64,000 nt of DNA. Source: Eledone cirrhosa (lineage: Eukaryota). The notes below the pieces were generated by a model that was not told the origin of the DNA, ran no database searches, and worked only from the letters and a program-made list of their open reading frames with translations. A program made the position numbers and the translations under genes. The stretch is taken from positions 1,736,001 through 1,800,000 of the forward strand of contig OZ024766.1 in NCBI GenBank assembly GCA_964016885.1, in the 5' to 3' direction. Position 1 is the stretch's first letter; the number at the start of each line of letters is the position of its first letter. This document shows positions 26,408-45,261 of the stretch, one piece after another.

Positions 26408-27385
26408 AATAATAAGGAAAATTATTGTGTACAGTGCTCAGGTGCACTACAACTCATCAAAGGTGCATGTATAGTTTGTTCCATGAAGGTTTTAAAGGAT
26501 GCAGTGTCTCGACAGCTAACAACTGATGCAGGGAGTTTGTTCCATGGAGGTTTTAAAGGATGCAGTGTCTCGACAGCCAACAACTGATGCAGGGAGTTTG
26601 TTCCATGGAGGTTTTAAAGGATGCAGTGTCTCGACAGCCAACAACTGATGCAGGGAGTTTGTTCCATGGAGGTTTTAAAGGATGCAGTGTCTCGACAGCT
26701 AACAACTGATGCAGATAGTTTGTTCCATGGAGGTTTTAAAGGATGCAGTGTCTCGACAGCCAACAACTGATGCAGGGAGTTTGTTCCATGGAGGTTTTAA
26801 AGGATGCAGTGTCTCGACAGCTAACAACTGATGCAGATAGTTTGTTCCATGGAGGTTTTAAAGGATGCAGTGTCTTGACAGCTAACAACTGATGCAGGTA
26901 GTTTGTTCCATGGAGGTTTTAAAGGATGCAGTGTCTCGACAGCTAACAACTGATGTAGGGAGTTTGTTCCATGGAGGTTTTAAAGGATGCAGTGTCTCGA
27001 CAGCTAACAACTGATGCAGATAGTTTGTTCCATGGAGGTTTTAAAGGATGCAGTGTCTCGACAGCTAACAACTGATGCAGGTAGTTTGTTCCATACTTCA
27101 GCAACTCTGAGCGTGAATGAATGTTTCTGAAAGTCATGGGAGCTGTGCTGTTTTCTGACTTTGTAGGCATGCCCACGTGTGTTAGACACATGGAACTCAG
27201 AAAGGTGCTCAGGGTTGTTGTTGGCAAGATGGTTAATAATTTTGTGGGTGTTTACCAAGTCAGTTGCCAGATGTCGGAGCTTCAATGTATCCATTGCCCA
27301 GGGAAGCAAGGCATTCAGAGTATGGTAGATGCCTGATGGAGGGTATTCACTTGGTTGCACGTCCCTGAACAGTTTCCAGGAGGTC
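26408..27385 (-). mobile_element. CR1/L2-clade LINE 3' fragment with a 61-bp array (about 10 copies, 26474-27094)
   Basis: Peptide NTRGHAYKV..SFTLRVAEVWNKLPASVVSCRDTASFK is a CR1-type ORF2 C-terminus. The same 3' end with a (TTA)n tail occurs at about 17570-17700. Confidence 0.85.
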
Positions 27386-28009
27386 AATATTCTGAGCAGA
27401 GTACTCGATACTTAGGGTAGTAGAGTGGGTAATATGAAAAAGTCAGGACCCCGACTGCTGAGCTCCGGCCGTTTTGGCAACAAGATCTAGCTGTCAAAAC
27501 AGTCGTTGGGGTCCTGACTCTTTATATATATATATATTTATATATAATAGTAGAAGACTGGAAGGTAATATCCGTAGTAGTAGAGCACTCAGTCCATGGG
27601 ACGAGTTTGGTAGAAGTAGTTCCACAACAGTTAGTTCACCATACTGAGAACAAATGTTTCCCCTTAAACAGATCTTCAGTCAGCATTCAGACAGAGCTTA
27701 GGATTCACATCTGTTGATTAAACAAATGTTCTTATATATAATGACTGCTTATTTTAACATTCACTTTTAAAATTTTCAAATGTCTCCACTTCCGGTTGGT
27801 AGATTGGCAGTATCGGTAGAGCGTCAGACGCCATGCTTTCCAGCATAGTTACGTCCCTTTACAATCTGAGTTCAAATCCCGCCGAGGTTGACTTTGCCTT
27901 TCATCCTTACGGGGTCGATAAAATAAAGTACCAGTAATGCACTGGGTAATTTGCTGGCCTTGTGCCTAAAGTAGAAACAATTATATCATAACACTTATTA
28001 CATCGCTTA

Positions 28010-28515
28010 TGTACAAGCTGAAGCATATAGACAATATGCCCCTGCACCCCCCACCGCAAGGTGGTCGTGGAGGTGCCACGGCAAAAAAGCACCCAGCCCA
28101 CACTGTAAAGTGGACGTGGAGGTGCCACGGCAAAAAAGCACCCAGCCCACACTGTAAAGTGGACGTGTAGGTGCCACGAAAAAGCACCCAGCCCACACTG
28201 TAAATTGGACGTGTAGGCGCCACGAAAAAGCACCCAGCCCACACTGTAAATTGGACGTGTAGGCGCCACGAAAAAGCACCCAGCCCACACTGTAAAGTGG
28301 ACGTGTAGGCACCACAAAAAAGCACCCAGCCCACACTGTAAAGTGGACGTGTAGGCGCCACGAAAAAGCACCCAGCCCACACTGTAAAGTGGACGTGTAG
28401 GTGCCACGAAAAAGCACCCAGCCCACACTGTAAATGAGGTTGGTGTTAGGAAGGGCATCCAGCTGTAGAGATCAAGCCAAATCAGTTCCTGCATGAGCAA
28501 GGCATGGTCAGCCGC
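28010..28515 (+). repeat. RTE 3' UTR segment with a 45-48-bp array (about 8 copies)
   Basis: aaaagcacccagcccacactgtaaagtggacgtgtagg units; reverse complement of the 61994-63190 array. Confidence 0.9.
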
Positions 28516-28827
28516 AGTCTCTCTTCAATTTCTGTGTATATTGTCAATTACAATTTTATTTGACATATCATATGTACATACATGTATATTTGCATATAAT
28601 ATCAATATGTACACTACACATGCTAGCAGAAAACCACCCGAAGGATGGTTTTTCTGCTAGTATATTTAAGGATCTGTTTTTCTTTTGTTTCCTTTCTTTG
28701 ATTCATCAAAGTGACATTATTGCAAAAAATGAGAGGGAGAGTTCTTTTTAAAAAAAAATTTTATAATGTATATAAAGTATTATTTTATATATATTATAAA
28801 ACTATTTTTTATAAAACTTCTTTTAAC

Positions 28828-29329
28828 TTAATCCTTTAGCATTCACATTACTCTATATATACTATTATACTTTCATGGTCAAGGCTTTACCTCACATAAT
28901 ATCTCACATTACATTTACATTACTCTATATATACTATTGTATTTTCATGGTCAAGGCTTTACCTCACATAATATCTCACATAACATTTACATTACTCTAT
29001 ATATAGTATTGTATTTTCACAGTAGAGGCTTTACCTCACATAATATCTCACATAACATTTACATTACTCTATATATACTATTGTATTTTCACAGTAAAGG
29101 CTTTACCTCACATAATATCTCACATAACATTTACATTACTCTATATATACTATTGTATTTTCACAGTAAAGGCTTTACCTCACATAATATCAAATCTATG
29201 AGATTTTGATATTATTTATTTTGAGAACAATACCTTAACATCAGTTTGAACGACCAGTTACAGCCACTTTCAACGGAAGGAGGTGATAATTCTGACCGGT
29301 TTTGGCCGGTTTGAACATTACAGGGTTAA
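28828..29329 (+). mobile_element. piggyBac-like non-autonomous element with TTAA target-site duplication and about 5 copies of the 72-bp unit
   Basis: TTAA-TCCTTTAGCATT ... CAGGG-TTAA, degenerate TIRs. Internal sequence is shared with 11440..12930. Confidence 0.65.
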
Positions 29330-29372
29330 ACCGAGCTGATGTTCTGAATAAGATGAAACAACTGTTCTCGGT
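29330..29372 (+). ncRNA. Decayed minimal hammerhead motif
   Basis: ACCGAG-CTGATGT-[TCTGAATAAGAT]-GAA-ACAACTGT-T/CTCGGT. Perfect 6-bp stem I; three substitutions from consensus. Confidence 0.45.
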
Positions 29373-29606
29373 AATGGTAAACTAACTGTTGTGCAACTAC
29401 TATATATATATATATACACACAATGAAAATGTACCTCTGTACACCACGACTGCCACACCACCTCAATAAAAAGACCTAAGTCATTATTGAAAGGAATTAC
29501 AATGGAATTCACTTCTCTACATACCAACAGTTTTAAGTTGTCTACTGCTAGAAATATCTATAACCTTAAACGGGAGTGTATATAAATATATTTATGTGTA
29601 TGTATA

Positions 29607-30797
29607 TCATCATCATCATCATCATCATCGTTTAACGTCCATGTTCCACGCTTGCATGGGTTTGGACGGGAGTTTTCCCACTTGAGGCAAGAGTGGTTGT
29701 CTTGCTCGCATAGGACTGTCTGGCGGGTTTTCTACGGCTGGATGCCCTTCCTAACACCAACCACGTTTACAGTGTGGGGCTGGGAGGTTTTTACCGTGTT
29801 GCCTACACGGCCACATTACAGCGTGGACTGTCTGGCGGGTTTTCTACAGCTGGATGCCCTTCCTAACACCAACCACGTTTACAGTGTGGGGCTGGGAGGT
29901 TTTTACCGTGTTGCCTACACGACCACATTACAGCGTGAACTGTCTGGCGGGTTTTCTACAGCTGGATGCCCTTCCTAACACCAACCACATTTACAGTGTG
30001 GGGCTGGGAGGTTTTTACCGTGTTGCCTACACGGCCACATTACAGCGTGGACTGTCTGGCAGGTTTTCTACGGCTGGATGCCCTTCCTAACACCAACCAC
30101 ATTTACAGTGTGGGGCTGGGAGGTTTTTACCGTGTTGCCTACACGGCCACATTACAGCGTGGACTGTCTGGCGGGTTTTCTACGGCTGGATGCCCTTCCT
30201 AACACCAACCACATTTACAGTGTGCGACTGGGAGGTTTTTACCGTGTTGCCTACACGGCCACATTACAGCGTGGACTGTCTGGCAGGTTTTCTACGGCTG
30301 GATGCCCTTCCTAACACCAACCACATTTACAGTGTGCGACTGGGAGGTTTTTACCGTGTTGCCTACACGGCCACATTACAGCGTGGATTGTCTGGCAGGT
30401 TTTCTACAGCTGGATGCCCTTCCTAACACCAACCACATTTACAGTGTGGGGCTGGGAGGTTTTTACCGTGTTGCCTACACGGCCACATTACAGCGTGGAC
30501 TGTCTGGCAAGTTTTCTACGGCTGGATGCCCTTCCTAACACCAACCACATTTACAGTGTGGACTGGGAGGTTTTTACCGTGTGGACTGGGAGGTTTTTAC
30601 CGTGTTGCCTACATGGCCACATTACAGCGTGGACTGTCTGGCGGGTTTTCTACAGCTGGATGCCCTTCCTAACACCAACCACGTTTACAGTGTGGGACTG
30701 GGAGGTTTTTACCGTGTTGCCTACATGGCCACATTACAGCGTGGACTGTGTGTTTTTTTAGTCGTGACACCTACACGAACTCATTTGTTTCTGGATG
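29607..30797 (-). mobile_element. Same element family with a 112-bp array (about 9 copies)
   Basis: ORF starts are spaced 112 nt apart; (CAT)n at the left end. A two-unit copy is at 43778-44157, a single-unit copy at 54261-54570, and a truncated copy at 31780-31943. Confidence 0.9.
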
Positions 30798-30844
30798 CAT
30801 ATATATATATATGCATGTATGTCTATATATATTTTTTTTACATG

Positions 30845-30889
<45 letters not shown>

Positions 30890-31017
30890 GTTATATTTAA
30901 TTTGTTGGGACTCAACAAGCTTAAACATTTTTATAACTGATATAAAGCACTCAACAGATTAGTGGGGTAAATATACAATATATTAACAAATGGAAACTAT
31001 ATTTATAAAACCATATT

Positions 31018-31083
31018 TATTTTATTATGCATATTTCAAGGGCCACCAAGGCAAATTATGGTGCGCTTTCATCAGATAAAATA
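31018..31083 (-). ncRNA. Minimal hammerhead motif (ATATGCAT, imperfect palindrome)
   Basis: TATTTTAT-CTGATGA-[AAGCGCACCA..TGGTGGCCCTT]-GAA-ATATGCAT-A/ATAAAATA. Confidence 0.7.
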
Positions 31084-31978
31084 CAGTACAGATTTGGTTT
31101 ATAAATAAATATTGACATATTGACAAAAAAATTTTGCTTTCAATCATCAGAATGAAAAAATCCTGGTGTATTTATTGACGTTGGATTTTAAAAACAAAAA
31201 AATATATATATATATATATATAAGAATTAAAATACTAGAGTGCGTTGGAATAAAACACACTCGTCGTATTATAGAAATGATATCTAAACTATAATAAAGG
31301 AAGGTCTGCAGGACTGCGCCCTGAATATATTTTTTTTACCCTGTTTGTAAAATAAGTTGGATTACTTTGAATGAATAATGAATGAATATTACATAATTTA
31401 TCTACTAAATTTCATGGCTGTTGATTAAATATATTTTATAGCTTATTTAAAGATTCACTTCTTTAAAATTGTCAAATGTCAACACTTCTGGTTAGCGGCC
31501 GTTATATTATAACACTTATAATGGCATATATTTCCATCACTAATTTTCTCCTAATGCAGTTTATATATAATGTCGTCTTTTTTTTTCATGGATTATTGAT
31601 TATTGATTACATAAGACAGTGTAACATAGGCTTCGTTCAATTTCTGTGTATATTGTCAATTACGATTTTATTTGATGTATCATATTGACATGTATATATA
31701 TACTTGTGTATAATATCAATATACACACTACACATGCTAGCAGAAAATCACGTGTATGGTGGTTTTTATGCTAGTATATCGTCATCATCATTATCATCGT
31801 TTAACGTCCGTGTTCCACGCTTGCATGGGTTTGGACGGGGGTTTTCCCACTTGAGGCAAGAGTGATTGTCTTGCTCGCATAGGACTGTCTGGCGGGTTGT
31901 CTACAGCTGGATGCCCTTCCTAACACCAGCCACATTTACAGTGTATATACATGCATATATATATATATACATACATGC

Positions 31979-32009
<31 letters not shown>

Positions 32010-32031
32010 CATACATGCCTATATATATACA

Positions 32032-32144
<113 letters not shown>

Positions 32145-32371
32145 GCATATATATATATATATATACATGCATATATATATATATATATACATGCATATAT
32201 ATATATATATATACATGCATATATATATATATATATACATGCATATATATATATATATATATACATGCATATATATATATATATATATACATGCATATAT
32301 ATATATATATATATACATGCATATATATATATATATATATACATGCATATATATATATATATATATACATG

Positions 32372-32404
<33 letters not shown>

Positions 32405-33310
32405 ATATATATATAATCTCTTGAATTTTACCCGCCCTAGACATGTATGTGTGTGTGTGTGTGTGTATATATTTACATGTTTACATTATATATATATATA
32501 TATATATAGATATATATATAGATATATATATATATAGATATACTGTAACAGACATTCCTGTGACTTGACTGTTCTCAGAAGGGCTGGGTTTGGTTAAGTT
32601 GAAATCTGGAATAAAAAATTACAAATGTTGGTTCCCCAAGTCTTAAAACTTTTGGTGGTGTCATTTGATATGTTCTGAGTAGCACGTGCAATGCAACAGA
32701 CCAAATTGCTCAAAACTATGCCTGCTTTTATGGTACAAAACTGTTCATATTTACCTAAAAAAACATTCCTTCATAATTTTATATAAGAACCTTTGTTAAG
32801 TTATGTTCCAAACACCCCTGGTTCTATGATACAAAACTGTTTTAAAGTGTTTATATTTATCTAAAAACATTCCTTCATAATTTTATATAAGAACCTTTGT
32901 TAAGTTATGTTCCAAACAGCCCTGGCAGTCCAGAATTAGCCGGCGAAACGGCTTGAGCTCAGCTGTCGGGGTCTTACTTGTTCCTATATACATATATATA
33001 TACATATACATATACATATATATATATATATACATACATACATATACATACATACATATATATATACATATACATACATATACATACATATATACATACA
33101 TATACATACATATACATACATATACATACATATACATACATATATATACATACATATACATACATATACATACATATATATACATATACATATACATATA
33201 TATACATACATATACATATACATATATATACATACATATACATATACATATATATGTATATGTATATGTATGTATATATATGTATGTATATACATATATA
33301 CATATACATA

Positions 33311-33342
<32 letters not shown>

Positions 33343-33625
33343 CATATACATACATATATACATATACATACATATACATACATATATATACATACATATA
33401 CATACATACATATACACATATACATACATATACATACATATACATATATACATATATATACATACATATACACATATACATACATATACATATATATATA
33501 TACATACATACATATACATACATATACATACATATACACATATACATACATATACACATATACATATACACATATACATATACATACATATACATACATA
33601 TACATACATACATATACATACATAC

Positions 33626-33712
<87 letters not shown>

Positions 33713-34605
33713 CATATATATACATATATATACATACATATATATATATATATACATTTCGTTTTTCCTTTCTGCCAAATTCTTTTAGGTCCGTTCCACA
33801 TTTTATAATTACCAAATCAATGTTTTTAAAAAAAAAAACACGAGAAAAATTCAAGCATGATAATAAAAATAATTGTTTCTACTTTAGGCACAAGGCCAGC
33901 AATTACCCAGTGCATTACTGGTACTTTAAATAAAAATAATGTTTTCTTATCTAGACACAAGGCCATTCTTTATTTTATCCACATGATAATAAATGATGGA
34001 ATGAGGGGTGTTTAAAAAAATGTGACTCTGCTGTTTTTGACAACCGAAACGAATATTAATAAAGGGTAGAATGAAAACGTGGAATCATATACAGTGTCTT
34101 ACTTATATTAACGAAAACAACAGTTGTAATAATAGTAATGAGGGGAAGGCGAGAGATGTTACAAAACTAGGAATGGCTGTGCATTTTTTTTTTTTTTTTT
34201 TTAGCTAACGAAACGAAATGACTAATAATGGTTTCTACTTAAGGCACAAGGCCAGTAATTTGGGGGAGAAGAGAGGGGAGGGGCTCGATTTACTGATACT
34301 TTATTTTATCGACTCCTATAAGTATGAAATTAATAATAATTGTTTCTACTTTAGGCACAAACGCCAGCAATTACCCAGTGCATTACTGGTACTTTATTTT
34401 ATCGACCCCGTAAGGATGAAAGGCAAAGTCAACCTCGGCGGGATTTGAACTCAGCCGAGGTTAATAATAATAATAATAATTTAAAAAAAAACAAAAAAAA
34501 CAATCAATGGAACCGATTATCGAAGTCAAACTATCAATTATGAGACTCACGTAAGAAGTAGAGTTTTAATATTCATTTTATTATGACTAAATAATGAGTC
34601 TTTGT

Positions 34606-35020
34606 GAAGGCACATGGCTTAGTGGTTAGAGCATTGGGCTTGCAATTGAGAGGTCGTGAGTTCAATTCTCAGACCGGGTGATGTGTTGTGTCCTTGAGCA
34701 AGACACTTTATTTCACGTTGCTCCAGTTTACTCAGCTGTAGAAATGAGTTGTGATGTCACTGGTGCCAAGCTGTATCAGCCATTGCCTTTCCCTTGGACA
34801 ACATCATATATAGTGTATAAATAGTGTGTATATATAGAGTATAAATAGTGTATATATATATATAGAGAGAGTATAAATAGTGTATATATATATAGAGAGA
34901 GAGAGAGTATAAATAGTGTATATATATATAGAGAGAGAGTATAAATAGTGTATATATATAGAGAGAGAGAGAGAGTATAAATAGTGTATATATATATATA
35001 GAGAGAGAGTATAAATAGTG

Positions 35021-35057
<37 letters not shown>

Positions 35058-35250
35058 TATAAATAGTGTATATATATATATATAGTGTATATAAATATAT
35101 GTGTTGTCATGTCACTGGTGCCAAGCTGTATCAACCATTAACCTTAGACAACATCAGTGGTGTAGAGAGAGAGAGACAGGTATGGATGGGGGACTCCTGG
35201 TCTTCCACAAACAACCTTGCTCAGACTTGTGCCTCAGACGGTAATTTGTG
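34606..35250 (+). mobile_element. SINE with family A head and a different 3' part, interrupted by an AT/GA minisatellite
   Basis: Head and core as in family A, then gtcactggtgccaagctgtatca occurs on both sides of the 34806-35100 repeat. Confidence 0.7.
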
Positions 35251-35388
35251 ACCAAGTGGGGCCAAAGAAGAGTGAGTGAGTCTTGTTACCCTAGAGTTTC
35301 ACCTGTTTATCACCAGAACATCTGGTGACCCAGGGAGAAACAGGTGAAACTTCAGAATTACAAGACTCACTATTTAGTCTTAATAAAA

Positions 35389-35430
<42 letters not shown>

Positions 35431-35946
35431 TATAGAGAAAAATACTGCAGGTAGCACATGGATAACATGTAATAAAATAAGTCCCTCATCAGTGATTTGC
35501 CGAAGATCATAGATATTTCATTGCATTAAAAATCATATATCTCACTTCGGTGCAATAATAACCAAAATAAGTTATTAGGACAATTAAAACGCGTAAAGCG
35601 AGTGAGACAGGAGAACAACCGAAAGTATAGCATACCGTAGGGGACAGAAACAAGCTTCAAAAATTATTCTGTTTAGCATAAGCTAGGTGAATATATGAGC
35701 GCTTAGAGAATAGAACCTACACGAACGAGTATATAATATATATATATATACGATATTAAACAAATGGAAACTATATTTATAAAACCATATTTATTTCATT
35801 ATACATATTTCGGGGATACCATATTAAAAATATGGCATGCCTTCAGATAAAATACAATATATAAACAGTTTTATAAATAATTTTGACGTACCATAAATAT
35901 TGATCAACTTTTATGTAAGAAGTTGGATAAAACTATTTATATATTG

Positions 35947-36012
35947 TATTTTATCTGAAGAAGGCATGCCATATTTTTAATATGGTATCCCCGAAATATG
36001 TATAATGAAATA
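35947..36012 (+). ncRNA. Minimal hammerhead motif (ATATGTAT); an inverted core-deleted twin lies at 35792-35854(-)
   Basis: TATTTTAT-CTGAAGA-[AGGCATGCCATATT TTT AATATGGTATCCCC]-GAA-ATATGTAT-A/ATGAAATA. Confidence 0.75.
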
Positions 36013-36217
36013 AATATGGTTTTATAAATATAGTTTCCATTTGTTTAATATCGTATATCTACTCCAAAACTTGTTGAGTGCTTTATATCAGTTATAAAAT
36101 ATTTACTTGTTGTAACCCAACAATTTTAAATAAAACTTTTGCATATATATATATATATATATATATTTTATAATGGATAATGGATGATGAAATAAATATA
36201 TATATATATATATATAT

Positions 36218-36819
36218 CATCATCATTTTACGTCCGCTTTTCCCTGCTTGCAAGGGTGGGACGGGAACTGATTCTGGCTTGATTTCTACAGCTGGATGCC
36301 CTTCCTAACACCAACCTCATTTACAGTGAGTACTGGGTGCTTTCATGCGCATCACGTGACCGTACTAAGAGTCTTCTCTCAAGTAAACAGCATCTGATCC
36401 CTCTTATTCTAATATATATATATATATATATATATGACCCCCCCCCCTCCCACGGGTACAAGCCAAACCTGAAGCATATAGACAATATGCCCCCAACCCT
36501 CCCACTGCAAAGCGGTCGTGGAGGTGCCACGGCAAAAAAGCACCCAGCACTCACTGTAAATGAGGTTGGTGTTAGGAAGGGCATCCAGCTGTAGAAATCA
36601 AGCCAGAATCAGCTTTTTTGCCGTGGCACCTGCACGACCACTTTGCAGTGGAATGATAGCGACCCCAGTCCCTATAATCTCATTTCTACAGCTGAGTAAA
36701 CTGGAGCAATGTGAAATAAAGTGTCTTGCTCAAGGAAACAACACATCACCCGGTCTGAGAATTAAACTCACAACCTTTCGATTGCAAGGCCAATGCTCTA
36801 ACCACTAAGCCATGTGCCT

Positions 36820-36822
<3 letters not shown>
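36218..36822. mobile_element. Cluster of SINE A and RTE 3' UTR pieces in both orientations
   Basis: Tail (-) 36218-36345, RTE UTR (+) 36440-36612, SINE A head and body (-) 36613-36822. Confidence 0.8.
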
Positions 36823-36913
<91 letters not shown>

Positions 36914-36973
36914 TATATATATAAAATATATATATATATAAAATATATATATATATAAAATATATATATATAT

Positions 36974-37014
<41 letters not shown>

Positions 37015-37091
37015 TATATATATAAAATATATATATATATAAAATATATATATATATAAAATATATATATATATAAAATATATATATATAT

Positions 37092-37137
<46 letters not shown>

Positions 37138-37163
37138 CAAAAGATTGTTAAAAGAGTTCCATG

Positions 37164-37234
37164 TATTTTATTATGCGCATTTCAAAAACAAATATCATCA
37201 TGGGATGATATTTGCATTCTCATCAGATAAAATA
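37164..37234 (-). ncRNA. Minimal hammerhead motif (ATGCGCAT)
   Basis: TATTTTAT-CTGATGA-[GAATGCAAATATCATC CCAT GATGATATTTGTTTTT]-GAA-ATGCGCAT-A/ATAAAATA. Confidence 0.8.
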
Positions 37235-37476
37235 GAGAGACATGATATGAAGCTTAAAAAACACTTGCAACCAGTGAGGTGTTAAATCAACATATGTTAC
37301 TTAACCGATATTTTCATTGCTTTATTGTACTACAATAAAACTCACCTCCTACATACATATATATATATATATATACATACACACACACACAACATATATA
37401 TATATATATAATAATAATGAAATTATTGTGTAAATACACAAATGTCAGGGAAGTACATATATACATACATACACAC

Positions 37477-37514
<38 letters not shown>

Positions 37515-38078
37515 CACACACAACATATATATATATATATATATATATACATACACACACAACATATATATATATATATATATACATACATACACACACA
37601 ACATATATATATATATACATACATACACATATATATACATACACACATATATACATATATATACATACACACATATATATATATATATATACACACATCC
37701 TTTTAAAAATACATTTAAAACATGTTCTATATTTATTACGTTATTTATATATACCTATATATATATATATAGGTATATAGTTAGGGAACCAGAAAATTGC
37801 TTATTGTGATCCAGTTTATGGTTAACAAAACCAGTTTCATGAATGGTTTCAAAGCTGTTACTTACCAATGAAACGGTCATAAATACCTGGATAAAATCCT
37901 TCTCTTAATGCTTACCTGTGTTTTCTCTTTTATATTTTATATAGGTATATATATAATATATATATATATATATATGTTTGCTGAAAATTTAAAGTAAGGG
38001 AGACTGTCACTACTCTAAAACAATAGTAAGGTCTTCAAAATGCTTTTAATTAAGCATACAAAATACACTATATATACA

Positions 38079-38113
<35 letters not shown>

Positions 38114-38961
38114 ATACTTTCAGATAAAGAATCTTGCTAAACAAATTCAGAAACGAAATATATATATATATATATATAAAATATTAAACAAATAATGAAC
38201 AAACAATTCCTTATATTAAACAAAAAAAGTTCACTATTTAACGATCGTTTCTAGGGCATATATGTGTTATAATTGGTATGCATATTTAACAGATCTATGT
38301 ACAAAATTATACAAAATTATACAAATTATCAAGATTAAATATACATACCTAACTCATATATACGCCGTCTTCAGAAATAATGAAGTATATTTATTGATAA
38401 TAACAACAATTCAAAATATCAGTTCAAAATTGACCAATGAAAACACAAAGGGTTAAAAGCAGTTTGGTGTGTGTATATATATGTAAAAACCTTACACATA
38501 TTTTACAATAATGTGTGTATAATTTGTATGTGTATACTAAAAAGATGGATGTAAACACAAAATTTCAAGGTTAATATCTCTGTAAGCTTAATGCGCTGAT
38601 AAGATACGCAAAGATACTTATGGAGTCAAGCATATAAATATATTTTTTTCATACTCACACATATCAGTATAATCACATATACACATATACATGTGCGTAT
38701 ATGCATAAATATACACATAACCACGAACATACAAACACACACACTCCCCCACTCACATTTATATATGTGGATATAAAATCATAAGCAAATAGAAATTAAG
38801 TCACTCACATAAAAACACTGGCACACACATTTTTCAAGATCAAGATACAGAAATTAGGTGGGAGGGGGGGGGGGGAGGGGTCTCTTCTTTCCATGATATC
38901 CGGAATACATTGAGTTCTTCATACGGATTGGACACTACCGTAAACTCTTGGTAGATTTATC

Positions 38962-39009
<48 letters not shown>

Positions 39010-39187
39010 ATTCCACTGCAAAGTGGTCGTGTAGGCGCCACGGAAAAAAAGCACCCAGCACTCACTGTAAATGAGGTTGGTGTTAGGAAGGGCATCCTGC
39101 TGTAGAAATCAACCCAGAATCAGCTCCCGTCCCACCCTTGCAAGCAGGGAAAAGCGGACGTAAAATGAAATGAAATGAAATGAAATG

Positions 39188-39233
<46 letters not shown>

Positions 39234-39334
39234 AATGAATAATAACAGGTAGACATCATAAAAAGGTAATTTATTCCGTGTGCTTACTAGTGTTTCCACG
39301 GTGGTACTGCAGCCTAGTTCCGCTACGTGCATAC

Positions 39335-39369
<35 letters not shown>

Positions 39370-39519
39370 GGGTCATTGGACAATGAAATAAAGTTGTTTA
39401 TATACAAAGGAACTGCATATAAATAAAGTTATAAATGTAGAACATGTGTTAAATGTATTTTAATTAACTTAAACATCCTTTCAGAAGGTATATTGCTTTA
39501 ATTTTGCGCAATTAAAGGA

Positions 39520-43775
<4,256 letters not shown>

Positions 43776-44262
43776 ATCATCATCATCATCATCATCGTTT
43801 AACATCCATCTTCCACGCTAACATGGGTTTGGACGGGAGTTTTCCCACTTGAGGCAAGATTGGTTGTCCTGCTCGTATAGGACTGTCTGGCGGGTTTTCT
43901 ACGGCTGGATGCCCCTTCCTAACACCAACCACGTTTACAGTGTGGACTGGGAGGTTTTTACCGTGTTACCTACACAGCCACATTACAGCGTGGACTGTCT
44001 GGCGGGTTTTCTACAGCTGGATGCCCTTCCTAACACCAACCACGTTTACAGTGTGGACTGGGAGGTTTTTACCGTGTTACCTACACGGCCACATTACAGC
44101 GTGGACTGTGTGTTTTTTTAGTCGTGACACCTACACGACCTCATTTGTTTTGGACTGTATATATAAACCCATGCAAGCGTGGAACATGGACGTTAAACGA
44201 TGATGATGATGATGATGATATAATATATTAACAAATAGAAACTATATTTATAAAACCATATT

Positions 44263-44327
44263 TATTTCATTTTACATATTTCAAGGACACCAAAGCAAAT
44301 TATGGTGCGCTTTCGTCAGATAAAATA
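44263..44327 (-). ncRNA. Degenerate hammerhead motif (CTGACGA core, cleavage U lost); a truncated inverted partner starts at 44492(+)
   Basis: GAA-ATATGTAA-A instead of ..AT-A. The partner keeps TATTTTAT-CTGATGA but has lost the GAAA half. Confidence 0.55.
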
Positions 44328-45140
44328 TAATATAGATCAGTTTTATAAACAAATATTGACATACCCTTAAAGAATGCAACAAGGTCGGTTGGAAGCTCCC
44401 GGATAGCCAAGTACACATACCTGATCAGTTGAATATTCAACTGATAAGGTATGGGTCCTTGGCTATGTTAAAATTTATAAAACAAAGTTTGTATTTTATC
44501 TGATGAAAGCATACCAAAGTTGGTTTTATAAATATAGTTTCCATTTATTTAATATCATTGTATATTATACTCCAGAAAACTGTCGAGTGCTCTGAATCTG
44601 TTATAAACATTTATATTTGTTGAAATTCCAACAAATTAAATATCCCTTCTACTTTATATATATATATATGTGTATATGTATGCCTATATATATATATATA
44701 TATATATGTCAATATTTATATATATATAAAGTGTATATATGTTAGTATATAAATGTATATATATACACACACAGATATATATATACTTATATATATGTCT
44801 ATATATATATATATGTCAATATTTATATATATATAAAGTGTATATATGTAAGTATATATATATATATACTCACATAGATATATATATATGTCTATATATA
44901 TATATATATACTTACATATCTTATGTTGTTTATTACATAACTAAAAAGCTCTGTAGCCTTCATAGAGCACTCCCTTTTCCTTTCCTACGGAAATATTTCA
45001 CACACACACACATATATATATACACAACATATGTATATATATATGTACACAATATACATTTATGTGTGTGTGTGTATATATATCTATATATATTAATCAA
45101 AATATTAACAAATGAAAAATATTCTCATAATCAAAATATA

Positions 45141-45229
45141 TATTTTATTATACGTATTTCAAATGTACAATGGTGTTTAAGTACGTTTTCATCAGATAAT
45201 ATATATATATATATATATGTCTCTCTCTC

Positions 45230-45261
<32 letters not shown>

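Noticed and set aside
37857-37920. Two minus-strand gtaag donor-like sites, and a plus-strand donor near 57168
   Set aside because: No convincing matching exon or reading frame; such motifs occur by chance in AT-rich introns.
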